NCBI GenBank assembly: GCA_015064255.1
Contig: SVSP01000008.1
Location: 1,352-65,351, forward strand
DNA length: 64,000 nt
Direction: 5' to 3'
From: Oscillospiraceae bacterium
GTDB taxonomy: Bacteria > Bacillota > Clostridia > Oscillospirales > CAG-272
The position numbers and the translations under genes are program-made. The notes under the pieces were generated by a model. The model worked only from the letters and a program-made list of their open reading frames with translations, did not search any database and was not told the DNA's origin. Of this stretch, positions 54,596 to 63,494 are shown piece after piece. Every line of letters begins with the position of its first letter. Position 1 is the stretch's first letter.

Positions 54596-55660
54596 ATGAA
54601 GATGATAAAACTTTCAAATGAAACGATCGACCTACTTAACGATATAGAAAATCGTATCGACACCGATACCGAAGATAATTTCAGAAATCAGTGGAAGAAC
54701 TTTCTTTACGGTAAGTTCGATGGGGATATTTTCAGAGCAAAAAGAAAGAAGCTCTCAGGTACACAACTGAATATCGCACCTGTAAATATTAACGATGCAA
54801 TTTCAGATTATGACCTTATGTTGCGTTCACAGCTTCTCGGTGTTTCTGCTGCGCTTAATTCGGAAACGCGTAATCTTTGTATGCGTGCAAATTACGGTAC
54901 GGGTATAATATCTTCGATGTTCGGTGCAAAGCTCTTTATGATGCCAAGACATACAAACACTCTTCCCACCACCTATTCGGTAAACGATACCGAATGGATA
55001 CGCGAAGCACTTGAGCGCGGTATGCCTGATAAAAACAGCGGACTCGGCAAAAACGTTATTGAATTCGGTAATATCTGCGCGGAAGTTTTGGCTAAATATC
55101 CCAAAATATCGAAATACGTTGCAATGTATCATCCCGACCTTCAAGGACCGCTTGATAACTGCGAACTACTTTGGGGCGGAGAAATGTTCTATGAGATGTA
55201 TGATGAGCCTGAGCTTGTTCACGATATGCTTTCGCTCATTACTGATACGTATGAAAATATGATGGACGAATGGTTCAGTCTCTTTAAGCCGAACGACGAT
55301 ATTAACGTGCATTGGGACGGCTTGTGGCACCGCGGAAAAATAATGCTCCGCAGTGACAGTGCGATGAACCTTTCTCCCGAAATGTATAAGGAATTTTCAC
55401 TTCCGTACGATAATCTTCTTCTCGAAAAATACGATGGCGGTGCGATGCACTTCTGCGGAAGGGGCGATCACTATATCGATATTCTTTGCAGTATTCCTAA
55501 GCTTACGGGTGTGAATATGTCACAGCCTCAGTATAACGATATGGAAAAAATATATAGAAATACAGTTGATAAAGGCATAGCGCTCCTTATGTTTAACGCA
55601 ACCGTGGCAAATACCGATAAGAATCGCGAGGGCGGATTTCATCATAGACTCTCTGTTTGA
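54596..55660 (+). CDS. uroporphyrinogen-decarboxylase (URO-D)/MtaA-like TIM-barrel family protein
   Basis: DLQGPLDNCELLWGGEMFYEMYDEPELVHDML resembles the URO-D-family central block. Function unknown. Confidence 0.4.
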   Translation: MKMIKLSNETIDLLNDIENRIDTDTEDNFRNQWKNFLYGKFDGDIFRAKRKKLSGTQLNIAPVNINDAISDYDLMLRSQLLGVSAALNSETRNLCMRANYGTGIISSMFGAKLFMMPRHTNTLPTTYSVNDTEWIREALERGMPDKNSGLGKNVIEFGNICAEVLAKYPKISKYVAMYHPDLQGPLDNCELLWGGEMFYEMYDEPELVHDMLSLITDTYENMMDEWFSLFKPNDDINVHWDGLWHRGKIMLRSDSAMNLSPEMYKEFSLPYDNLLLEKYDGGAMHFCGRGDHYIDILCSIPKLTGVNMSQPQYNDMEKIYRNTVDKGIALLMFNATVANTDKNREGGFHHRLSV

Positions 55661-55674
55661 TTTGCTATAAAAAT

Positions 55675-55708
55675 ATCCCGACAGATGATAAAATCTGTCG
55701 GGATTTTT
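55675..55708 (+). terminator. intrinsic terminator (CCCGACAGA/TCTGTCGGG family)
   Basis: A 12-bp stem (ATCCCGACAGAT / ATCTGTCGGGAT) followed by TTTT. Confidence 0.8.
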
Positions 55709-55836
55709 GCTCGTAAATTCAGATGCTTATTTTCGCAACACAACATATTTATTTTATCACATAATTGTGAACGTGTCAATAGATTTCGTTGATATATTAA
55801 CCAAATTCTCTCTTTTAAACAAAAAAATCTTGTTAA

Positions 55837-55883
55837 GTTTTTACAAATTGCCAATTGTAAAAACGATTTTAATGTGCTATAAT
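55837..55883 (+). promoter_or_regulatory. promoter TTGTAA-N17-TGcTATAAT overlapped by a 28-bp near-palindrome (GTTTTTACAAATTG|CCAATTGTAAAAAC)
   Basis: -35 at 55855-55860, extended -10 at 55875-55883. The palindrome at 55837-55864 covers the -35 and looks like an operator. Confidence 0.55.
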
Positions 55884-55888
55884 ACAGG

Positions 55889-56397
55889 TGAAAGGAAAGG
55901 AAGGTACACTCCAATGGGAAACTGAAAAAAACACTATAAAAGAAAAGGAAGGTACGGTCCAATGAAAATCTGAGTTTAGGCTTAAGTACAAAAACCAAAG
56001 CTTTAAGACCGAGTCAAAGTGAGAACAACGTTAGAAATATGTAGATTCAAATAACGATAAGCACGGCGGTGTGAAACACGGTAAAAGGTGTGATGAATGT
56101 GAAAAAATGACCGTGTACGCTTGATATAGATTTTGAGGTTATGGTTTAAGATTTGGTAAGGATTTGAGTTTTTGTATGAGGAGTCAGGAACTTCGTCTTT
56201 TGCAAAAGTAAGTAGGGTAAACGAAGTATAACGGTAGATAAGGTAACAAAATAAAATATCTTTCAAAAATCAACCCGAAAGCAAAAGATAGACAAGGAAA
56301 GAGAGGAACAAAAATGATGTTAGATATCAAGAGTGAACAGAAGTGACCCTTGATTTGCAGATGTAAGAATTGCAAGTCAAGGGTCACTTCTATTTTA
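55889..56397 (+). ncRNA. candidate ~0.5-kb non-coding / mini-ORF-bearing RNA (class unknown)
   Basis: Bounded by the promoter above and a 15+5-bp hairpin terminator (56339-56391, then ATTTTA). Every + frame is broken by multiple stops and the + strand is purine-rich. It sits in the largest gene-free gap of the window. Confidence 0.45.
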
Positions 56398-56430
56398 CAT
56401 ATATCTTTTGCCGTTTTTTCTGCTTCGTCG

Positions 56431-56459
56431 TTGACAAGCAGATTTTTTTGTGATAAAAT
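56431..56459 (+). promoter_or_regulatory. promoter TTGACA-N17-TGaTAAAAT for the 951-aa protein gene
   Basis: Consensus -35 and an extended -10, about 115 nt upstream of the CDS. Confidence 0.6.
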
Positions 56460-56575
56460 GAATAAAAATTGAATATTGTTTTAAATGTTTTGATTGCGCA
56501 GTAAATATGCCGCTATCAAAGACTCTGCGACAATAAATCGGTGAAAATAAGTGAAGTTACCGATAAAGCGAAAGG

Positions 56576-59431
56576 ATGAACGATATGGATGGAAAAAAAT
56601 TCAAACTCGGCTTAAAATCAGTGATAGCTATCGTGCTGGTGCTTGTTGTTTTGTTTGGCACGGTTTCGGGCGCTATTATTCTCTCGATACAGAAGAACCC
56701 TTCTGTTAAGGACCTTACAGAACCCGGTGCAGGAAGCGGAGAGGGGGGGAGTGATCCTTACAAAGGCGCTGTTGCCGAAATAAGTAATAATGTCAAGGTG
56801 TTGACGGCTGAAGAAGCAAAAAAGATAAACGAATCTATTTTGACCGTTAACAGCACGAATCAAGGCGTTTACATAGAAATAGCAGACGGCACGGCTATGG
56901 AATCTTTGGGTATAGGAGATATTTTCTTCCTTAACGGCTCGACGGAAACTCCGCTTGGAGAGCCTTATTTCGGAAAAATAGTTTCTAAGGTAGATCGCGG
57001 CGGCAGTGATATGTACTGCGTTGAAGCTCCGATGATAGATGAAGTTTTCGATAAATTTGATATAGAGCATACAGAAGAACTTACCGCTGAAAACGTTTCG
57101 AGTATAATCACTATTGAAGGTGTTACTGTAAGCGCAGATAAATCTCTTAAAAATCATTTCAGTAATGAGAGAATAAAGAATCTTGCAGCATATAAAGAAA
57201 CAACTCAGGCAGTAATGCTTGATAACGGTATAGATCAATCTAAAGAGGACGCTTTCGTTTTTGAATGTAAGATCGATATACTTAAGGCTTTCGGACTAAA
57301 AGGCAAAGATGACGACGATAAAGATAAAGAAAAATATACCCTTCAGGAAGCAGAGCGTATAACTGTTTACATAACGGAAAGCGGTACACGTTACCACCGT
57401 GAAAATTGTCAATACGTTAAGAATAATCCGATCAAATCGACACTCGCACAGGCTGTAAATGATAAAAATCTTCAAGCGTGTAAAAAATGTACACCGCCTG
57501 TTATAGAAAAGGATGACGGAGTTCTTGATGGAGATGCTTCGGTGGTTCTTGAGGGTAAAATAGGTGTTGAAGCTCTTGAATATTCGGTAGATTATGATTG
57601 GGACATAGAAAATGCTAAAGGACTTCAGGATCTTTCTGTTACGGTCAACGGTACGTTTGTTTCAGAACTTGCATTAAAAGCGTATGCAGAGCTTGAACTC
57701 GGTGGACGTACTACAACTATAACGCTTCCCGGAAACTGCGTAAAGCTTGAAGGGCTTAAAGAAAAGATGTTTCCGTTTGCATTTATAGGATATAACGGAT
57801 CTGTTTCGGTAGCGATGGGTAATGAAGCAATAAGAGCACAGACCTCTGCTGTACCGATCACAATAGCGTTTATTTTCTATGCCGATATTTCGGGAAAAAT
57901 TGAAGTAGGCGCAGAGCTTTTCTTTAACTACTCAAGAGATCTGAAATATACCGCAACTATCGTGAAAGACGGACAGTGGGTGTGGGATAACGAGCTTATA
58001 AAAGAAGATCCCGAAACCGAATACGGATTCAAGATCGAAATAAGCGGAGATATTGACTTCCATATAGGTACTTCGATAGCGCTTTATATTTTCAATCTTA
58101 ATGTTATCGACTGCGCACTTGTAAAGATAGGTGCGGAAGCACAGGGAAGTGCGAATTTTGCTATAACGAATAAAACAGTCCTGAATGACGATAAAAAATT
58201 TGATCTTGATTACGACATATATATGCGGACCTATTTAAAGCTTTTTGAGTTCAGGGTCAATATAAGCTTTAATTTTGATATATGGATTTTTGAAGGCGGA
58301 TTTAATTACCGAAAGACGTTTACAGCATATGATCATACTATATTCCAGATAGGAAAAGTAAATCCGACAAGATATGAGTCGGCAACTATGACGTATACGA
58401 ACGTTACGGCGAGTGATAAAGACGCTATCTATTATAAAGACACAACGGGAAAACTCGTTCGTGAGATAGACGGAAAGAAGACGACCTTGTATTCTGATGA
58501 GTTTTTCTCGATATGCGGTATTGACGAAACGTTTATCTATATTACGGTAAGAAACGATTCGGGTGACCTCGACGTGTACCGTATAAGTAAGGAATCTTCG
58601 GGTGATCAGCGCCGTATTCTTGATAATATAAAGATATGTTTTACATCAGATGAGAATTATATTTACTATCTCACATCATTTGACCAAACAATTATACACA
58701 AACTTAACAGAAGCGACCTTACAGTATCTGAGTTTATGGACTTTGATGAAGCTGTAAACTGTATGAGACCTGTGGGAGATAACTTCTATATTACAGTAGG
58801 CGATCCGGATGTACTTTCATTCCTGTTCGGTATAACTATGGATAATTATCTGGTTAATAAAAACGGCGCTATCATAGGCGATTACGGAACTTCACCCGAA
58901 CCTGGCGAGGTTTACCGTGAAGATAAGGGTACATATTATTTCGCTGCAGAAGTACAGACTTCAGGTCATTTGCGTACTACTGCAAAAGAGGTTTATTGGC
59001 TTTCAAAAGACAGATCATCTTCTATCAAACTCTCTTGCCTTGTAGGATATAGCGGACGTGAAGCGGGTATATTTACTGTTCACACAAACTCATCCGGTTC
59101 TGAAAATCCGTATCAGATGGTAGTTTACCGTGCAAGTGACGGTGAACTTGTTAAAGTTACAGGTGTAGATAACCAGTACAGTTCGTTTACACTTTGTCAG
59201 ACAGATGGCGGTGACTGGTATTTCTTCGATCAGAATTCGGAAGGTCTTACTCTTTATTCGATGAATGAAAATTATCAGAATAAGACAGCTATAAAGACGT
59301 TTACGTTTGAGGAATTCCCCTGTACTCTTGAAAACTGCTCGATGGTACTCTTCGAGAACAGACTGTATTTCTACACAATGGACGAAAATAATCTTACGTC
59401 AGCGGTACTTTACCGATACGATATTGCATAA
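56576..59431 (+). CDS. large membrane-anchored extracytoplasmic protein: N-terminal TM helix, YH-x3-C...C-x2-C metal-binding-like motif, C-terminal DUF5050-like beta-propeller repeats
   Basis: TM helix IAIVLVLVVLFGTVSGAIIL, GTRYHRENCQYV...LQACKKCTP, and repeated ...IYY/FIY... blades in the C-terminal part. The start may be the ATG at 56585. Confidence 0.5.
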   Translation: MNDMDGKKFKLGLKSVIAIVLVLVVLFGTVSGAIILSIQKNPSVKDLTEPGAGSGEGGSDPYKGAVAEISNNVKVLTAEEAKKINESILTVNSTNQGVYIEIADGTAMESLGIGDIFFLNGSTETPLGEPYFGKIVSKVDRGGSDMYCVEAPMIDEVFDKFDIEHTEELTAENVSSIITIEGVTVSADKSLKNHFSNERIKNLAAYKETTQAVMLDNGIDQSKEDAFVFECKIDILKAFGLKGKDDDDKDKEKYTLQEAERITVYITESGTRYHRENCQYVKNNPIKSTLAQAVNDKNLQACKKCTPPVIEKDDGVLDGDASVVLEGKIGVEALEYSVDYDWDIENAKGLQDLSVTVNGTFVSELALKAYAELELGGRTTTITLPGNCVKLEGLKEKMFPFAFIGYNGSVSVAMGNEAIRAQTSAVPITIAFIFYADISGKIEVGAELFFNYSRDLKYTATIVKDGQWVWDNELIKEDPETEYGFKIEISGDIDFHIGTSIALYIFNLNVIDCALVKIGAEAQGSANFAITNKTVLNDDKKFDLDYDIYMRTYLKLFEFRVNISFNFDIWIFEGGFNYRKTFTAYDHTIFQIGKVNPTRYESATMTYTNVTASDKDAIYYKDTTGKLVREIDGKKTTLYSDEFFSICGIDETFIYITVRNDSGDLDVYRISKESSGDQRRILDNIKICFTSDENYIYYLTSFDQTIIHKLNRSDLTVSEFMDFDEAVNCMRPVGDNFYITVGDPDVLSFLFGITMDNYLVNKNGAIIGDYGTSPEPGEVYREDKGTYYFAAEVQTSGHLRTTAKEVYWLSKDRSSSIKLSCLVGYSGREAGIFTVHTNSSGSENPYQMVVYRASDGELVKVTGVDNQYSSFTLCQTDGGDWYFFDQNSEGLTLYSMNENYQNKTAIKTFTFEEFPCTLENCSMVLFENRLYFYTMDENNLTSAVLYRYDIA

Positions 59432-59446
59432 AAGGAGGGGAACGAT

Positions 59447-61093
59447 ATGAAAATTTTAAAGAAAATATTTGTTGTCCTGCTTGTCGCGGTAATGCTTGTG
59501 CCAACATTTGGGATAAATTCTCTTGCAGCATCTTCGAATGCGTTTAAAGGCACAAGAAGTCTTACCTTTACTGCTGATACCTCTGACGTTGAAAATTTTA
59601 TCGACGGCGGACGTACCGTGCTTGACCTTATCATAAGAGCAAGTGCCCCCGAATGGGCTGATATCACACTTTCCGCAAATGGAAGAAATCTTGAACTCGC
59701 AATAGTGTTTGAATTCGGCTCGTACGATGATTACTGTTCAAAAACGTCTGAGCTTTTGACATATACGGCGTCGGTTCTTTACAGTAAGGATGACGGTCTT
59801 CTTGTAATTGAAAGCCACGAACCTTTCGAACTTCTCGGGTTTATCGAATCTTCGCCTGCGATGCAGGGAAGTCTCAGCGAAAGAACGCTGCCCGAAATAT
59901 TCAGACTTTCAAAAAATATTCTCGTTATAGGTGAAGAAGAATATTCCTTTGAAGGAAACGTAAATATCGTATCCGAAGATAGAGAGATATTTATTTACGA
60001 ATACGTTAATATCGATACTCAGGCTGATGATAACGGGGAATATGACCGTACTATAACCCTTTATCCCGAAAATAAAGATGAAAAAAGCATAAAAAAGCTT
60101 AAGAAAAATCTTAAAAAGGTCGGAAAGATCGATACCGATAAAAACGACGAATATCTTATAACCGTTAAATTCTCTGCATCAAACGATAGAGAACTTATAG
60201 ATAAAACTATGAAATGTCTGAGTGTCGCTGTGACGATCAGAGAAAATCAGATAGTCATAAGTGAAGATAAAATCGGCGTTACACGTGACGAATATTTTGA
60301 TATAGATGCGCTTATCTCCGATTACGGCCGCTTTGAATATAAATATAAGTATCCGTCACACTACGAAAATATCTCTGTCAATGAGGAAAATGCGTTGCTT
60401 CAGGATGATATGATTTATTCTGACAGTCAGTCAATGATAACTGTATATTATGAACGCGGATTCGGATTTGATAAGCTCGACGTTAAAACCGATTTTTCTG
60501 ATGCTTGGGGCTCGGTAAAATGTACGATTACCTTTGTATCAAAGAGTAATATTGCAATCAGCTTTCACGATAATATAAAGAAAACGTTGACAAGAAAGCT
60601 GCCTAAAGGTGCGAGCCTTAATATCTATGATAAGCTCGGTAACCGTTACTACGAGATCACTTATAAATCGTGGTATATGGATAAAATAAGTGAGTTTATC
60701 GGCACTTTCCTGAAAGGTGACAGCTATATGGATATTGACGATTCTTTCTTTTTGATAGGTAAGTCGAATATAGAGGGAAGGTTTAAGGTCAAAGAGCTTT
60801 CAAAAGGGATGATGCCGCCTAAAGAAATTACCGCTACCTATAAATTTAAAGATAAAGACGATTTCGAAATTCTTTCACGTAAATTCGATAAGACCACGCT
60901 TGATGACGGTTCTGTCCGCTTTACTCTTGTAAACGGCAGTAATTTTGAAATCGAATACAGAAGAATAAATCTTGTAAAGGTCATATTCGTATCTGTAATA
61001 ATAGTTGCATCACTTTCGGCGGCGGTGCTTGTGGCGTTTGAACCGATAAAGGAGCTTTTTAAGAAAATCAAAAAGAAAGAACCTAAACCGTGA
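59447..61093 (+). CDS. hypothetical secreted protein with a C-terminal TM anchor
   Basis: Signal peptide (VPTFGINSLAASS), C-terminal TM helix followed by KKIKKKEPKP, and an AAAGGAGGGG RBS. It starts 15 nt after the preceding gene. Confidence 0.55.
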   Translation: MKILKKIFVVLLVAVMLVPTFGINSLAASSNAFKGTRSLTFTADTSDVENFIDGGRTVLDLIIRASAPEWADITLSANGRNLELAIVFEFGSYDDYCSKTSELLTYTASVLYSKDDGLLVIESHEPFELLGFIESSPAMQGSLSERTLPEIFRLSKNILVIGEEEYSFEGNVNIVSEDREIFIYEYVNIDTQADDNGEYDRTITLYPENKDEKSIKKLKKNLKKVGKIDTDKNDEYLITVKFSASNDRELIDKTMKCLSVAVTIRENQIVISEDKIGVTRDEYFDIDALISDYGRFEYKYKYPSHYENISVNEENALLQDDMIYSDSQSMITVYYERGFGFDKLDVKTDFSDAWGSVKCTITFVSKSNIAISFHDNIKKTLTRKLPKGASLNIYDKLGNRYYEITYKSWYMDKISEFIGTFLKGDSYMDIDDSFFLIGKSNIEGRFKVKELSKGMMPPKEITATYKFKDKDDFEILSRKFDKTTLDDGSVRFTLVNGSNFEIEYRRINLVKVIFVSVIIVASLSAAVLVAFEPIKELFKKIKKKEPKP

Positions 61094-61140
61094 GTCTTCT
61101 CCGAATTATATTAACAGACTTTAATATAAACTTATAAAAT

Positions 61141-61168
61141 AAACGGCTGACCATAAGGTCAGCCGTTT
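61141..61168 (+). terminator. terminator hairpin
   Basis: A 12-bp stem (AAACGGCTGACC / GGTCAGCCGTTT). The T tract is weak. Confidence 0.6.
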
Positions 61169-61254
61169 GAAATTTAAGAAATATATCCGCAGAAAAACGA
61201 AAGATCGGAAAAATCGGCTTAGTATACGGTTTTAGTATTTCTTTATTTTTTCGG

Positions 61255-61283
61255 TTGAAATTTGTGTTAAATTATGTTATAAT
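61255..61283 (+). promoter_or_regulatory. promoter TTGAAA-N17-TGtTATAAT
   Basis: Near-consensus elements about 85 nt upstream of the GrpB-family gene. Confidence 0.55.
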
Positions 61284-61368
61284 GCGTTAAGGTATGCAAA
61301 ACAAGATGTTTTAAAAAGAAAGATTTTAGTAAAACATTTGCAAATTTCAAACGTAACGGAGAAATGAA

Positions 61369-61884
61369 ATGAAAACAAGGAAGGTCGTTGTTTTGCCGTA
61401 TGATGAGGCATGGAAATACGCTTTTGAGGATATAAAAAGAGAAATTTACAGCATACTCGGAAATCTTGCTGTCGGTATTGAACATATCGGAAGTACGTCG
61501 GTCGAGGGAATGTCGGCAAAGCCGTGTATTGATATTGATGTGATAATAGAAGACTATTCTTTGTTTGACGCGGTAGTTGACAAGCTTGCAGGTATAGGAT
61601 ATATCTACGAGGGAGATTTTGGAATAAAGGATAGAGAAGCGTTTAAATATTCGAATAAAGAGCATCTTATGACGCATCATTTGTATGTGTGTCCGCAAAA
61701 TTCTGAGGAGCTGAATCGGCATATTACATTTAGAAATTATTTGAGAAATAATCCCGATGCGGTCAAAAAATACAGTAAAGTAAAAGAAAAGGCTGCAGAG
61801 CTGTATCCGAACGATATTGATAAATATATAGAATATAAATCGCCGTGCATTGAAGAAGTTTATAAGATGTGCGGCTTGAAATAG
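61369..61884 (+). CDS. GrpB-family (nucleotidyltransferase-fold) protein
   Basis: IEHIGSTSVEGMSAKPCIDIDV and HHLYVCPQNSEELNRHITFRNYLRNNPDAVKKY are typical GrpB blocks. Confidence 0.75.
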   Translation: MKTRKVVVLPYDEAWKYAFEDIKREIYSILGNLAVGIEHIGSTSVEGMSAKPCIDIDVIIEDYSLFDAVVDKLAGIGYIYEGDFGIKDREAFKYSNKEHLMTHHLYVCPQNSEELNRHITFRNYLRNNPDAVKKYSKVKEKAAELYPNDIDKYIEYKSPCIEEVYKMCGLK

Positions 61885-61911
61885 GTGTCGAAAATTATTG
61901 GAGAAAACTGT

Positions 61912-62038
61912 ATGATACTCAGAACACAGCGACTCATTCCTCGATACCTTCCGTGAGAAAAATGCAATTTCTCAGGCACAGTATAATAAGAGCTTCGGTG
62001 ATCTGCTTGATCTTATGGAGATGTACGGAGTAGAGTAA
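61912..62038 (+). pseudogene. short frameshifted gene remnant (possibly the N-terminus of a GNAT acetyltransferase)
   Basis: GGAGA RBS and MILRTQRLIPRYLP* (the xTxRLIL start is typical of RimJ/RimL-type GNATs). A second frame stays open to 62038. Much too short for an intact gene. Confidence 0.25.
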
Positions 62039-62067
62039 TTACTATAAGAGTATAAAGGAGAAAAAAT

Positions 62068-63027
62068 ATGATATTTGAAAAGCAAGTTGTAAATATGTAT
62101 AAAGGTATGATGTACACACGCTGTGACGATAGAGAAACGGTGTTTTATTTCTCGGCAAACGATTTTCCGGGCTTGAGATCGGAAAGTTATCCTTTTGCTT
62201 CTTTAGAAGGACATACGTTGCAAGGATACGTATATTACTACGAAAATCCTATACAAAACCGTCTTGTCGTATTCGATCACGGATTTGGCGGCGGACACAG
62301 AGCGTATATGAAAGAAATCGAAAAGCTCTGTAAATACGGATTTACGGTATTTTCCTACGATCATACGGGCTGTATGGAATCGGGCGGTGAAACTCCCGGA
62401 GGTCTTGCACATTCTCTTTGCGATCTGAATGACTGTATTAAAGCACTTAAGTCGGACGAGCGCTTTAAAGGCTTCGATATTTCGGTTATCGGTCATAGCT
62501 GGGGTGCGTTTTCGACTCTCAATATCACGGCACTTCATCCGGAAATTTCACATATAGTTGCTATAAGCGGATTTGTTTCTGTTGAAGAAATGATAAAAAC
62601 TTTCTTTTCGGGAATGCTTAAGGGATACCGTAAGGCGGTTATGAAGCTTGAAAGAGAGTCAAATCCCGAGTTCGTTGAGTTTAATGCGGTAGAAACTCTC
62701 TCAAAATCTCAAACCAAGGCACTTCTTATTTACTCCGAAGATGATACGATGTGCCGTAAAGTTCACTACGATATTTTAAGATCCGGACTTGAAGGGAAGG
62801 ATAATATCAGCTTTATGCTCTGCAAAAATAAAGGACATAACCCTAATTATACAGAGGACGCGGTGAAATTGCTTGGCAGCTTCGTAAAAGCAAGAGCAAA
62901 GATCATAAAAAATAAGAAAGCAACAAAAAAAGAAAGGGAACAGTTTGTTTCCTCGTTTGATTGGAATGCGATGACCGTTCAGGATGAAAACGTTTGGAAT
63001 GGAATTTTCAAACATTTGGAAAAATAA
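62068..63027 (+). CDS. alpha/beta-fold hydrolase
   Basis: Nucleophile elbow GHSWG, an upstream HGFGG oxyanion region and a late GHNP His. Confidence 0.7.
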   Translation: MIFEKQVVNMYKGMMYTRCDDRETVFYFSANDFPGLRSESYPFASLEGHTLQGYVYYYENPIQNRLVVFDHGFGGGHRAYMKEIEKLCKYGFTVFSYDHTGCMESGGETPGGLAHSLCDLNDCIKALKSDERFKGFDISVIGHSWGAFSTLNITALHPEISHIVAISGFVSVEEMIKTFFSGMLKGYRKAVMKLERESNPEFVEFNAVETLSKSQTKALLIYSEDDTMCRKVHYDILRSGLEGKDNISFMLCKNKGHNPNYTEDAVKLLGSFVKARAKIIKNKKATKKEREQFVSSFDWNAMTVQDENVWNGIFKHLEK

Positions 63028-63101
63028 GTGTTTGTTTAAATTAAAAAAATCAAAGCCCGAAATTTTCCGCCACGCTTTCCAACGACGCAGGAGGTCTGAC
63101 G

Positions 63102-63482
63102 ATGACAAAACAAGAGTTTCTTGAATATTGCGCGGGTACATACGGCACATCGCCGGACTATCCGTTTGACGAGGATTTTGAAACGGCGGTGCTCAGGCAC
63201 GCGGATAACCGCAAATGGTATGCGATTATTATGCGCGTCTCACGGCGCAAATTTGGTTTTGACAGCGACGAAGTGATTGATGTTGTCAATCTCAAGCTAC
63301 CGATCGAAATGTTCGGCTCATTCGGCGCGTCCGACGGTGTTTACCCTGCATACCATATGAACAAGCTCCATTGGATCTCTGTTCTTATGCCAGACGCGCC
63401 CGATGATGTGGTGCAATTTCTCGTAAACGTGAGCTTTGAATCCACAAAGTCACCTAAGAAAAAGCCAAAACAACCCAAATGA
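63102..63482 (+). CDS. MmcQ/YjbR-family protein
   Basis: The blocks PDYPFDEDFETAVLRH...KWYAIIM...LKLPIEM...YPAYHMNKLHWISV are typical of YjbR/CyaY-like-fold proteins. Confidence 0.7.
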   Translation: MTKQEFLEYCAGTYGTSPDYPFDEDFETAVLRHADNRKWYAIIMRVSRRKFGFDSDEVIDVVNLKLPIEMFGSFGASDGVYPAYHMNKLHWISVLMPDAPDDVVQFLVNVSFESTKSPKKKPKQPK

Positions 63483-63494
63483 AAGGAAACACCT

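Noticed and set aside
55642-56387. ORFs of 61-118 aa in the ORF-free island (55707-55925 on the + strand; 55642-55998, 56003-56266 and 56184-56387 on the - strand).
   Set aside because: They have no RBS and Phe/Leu/Ser-rich or Lys-rich low-complexity translations. The + strand one spans the promoter itself, and the minus-strand ones are merely the pyrimidine-rich complement of a purine-rich transcript.
55889-56397. The candidate RNA being a known housekeeping RNA (RNase P, tmRNA, 6S, SRP) or a T-box.
   Set aside because: It has no GAGGAAAGUCC-type RNase P core, no tRNA-like GGTTCGA 3' end or tag-peptide frame for tmRNA, and no T-box sequence (AGAGAGUGG.../UGGUACCGCG-like). It is too long for 6S or SRP. 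It therefore stays unclassified.
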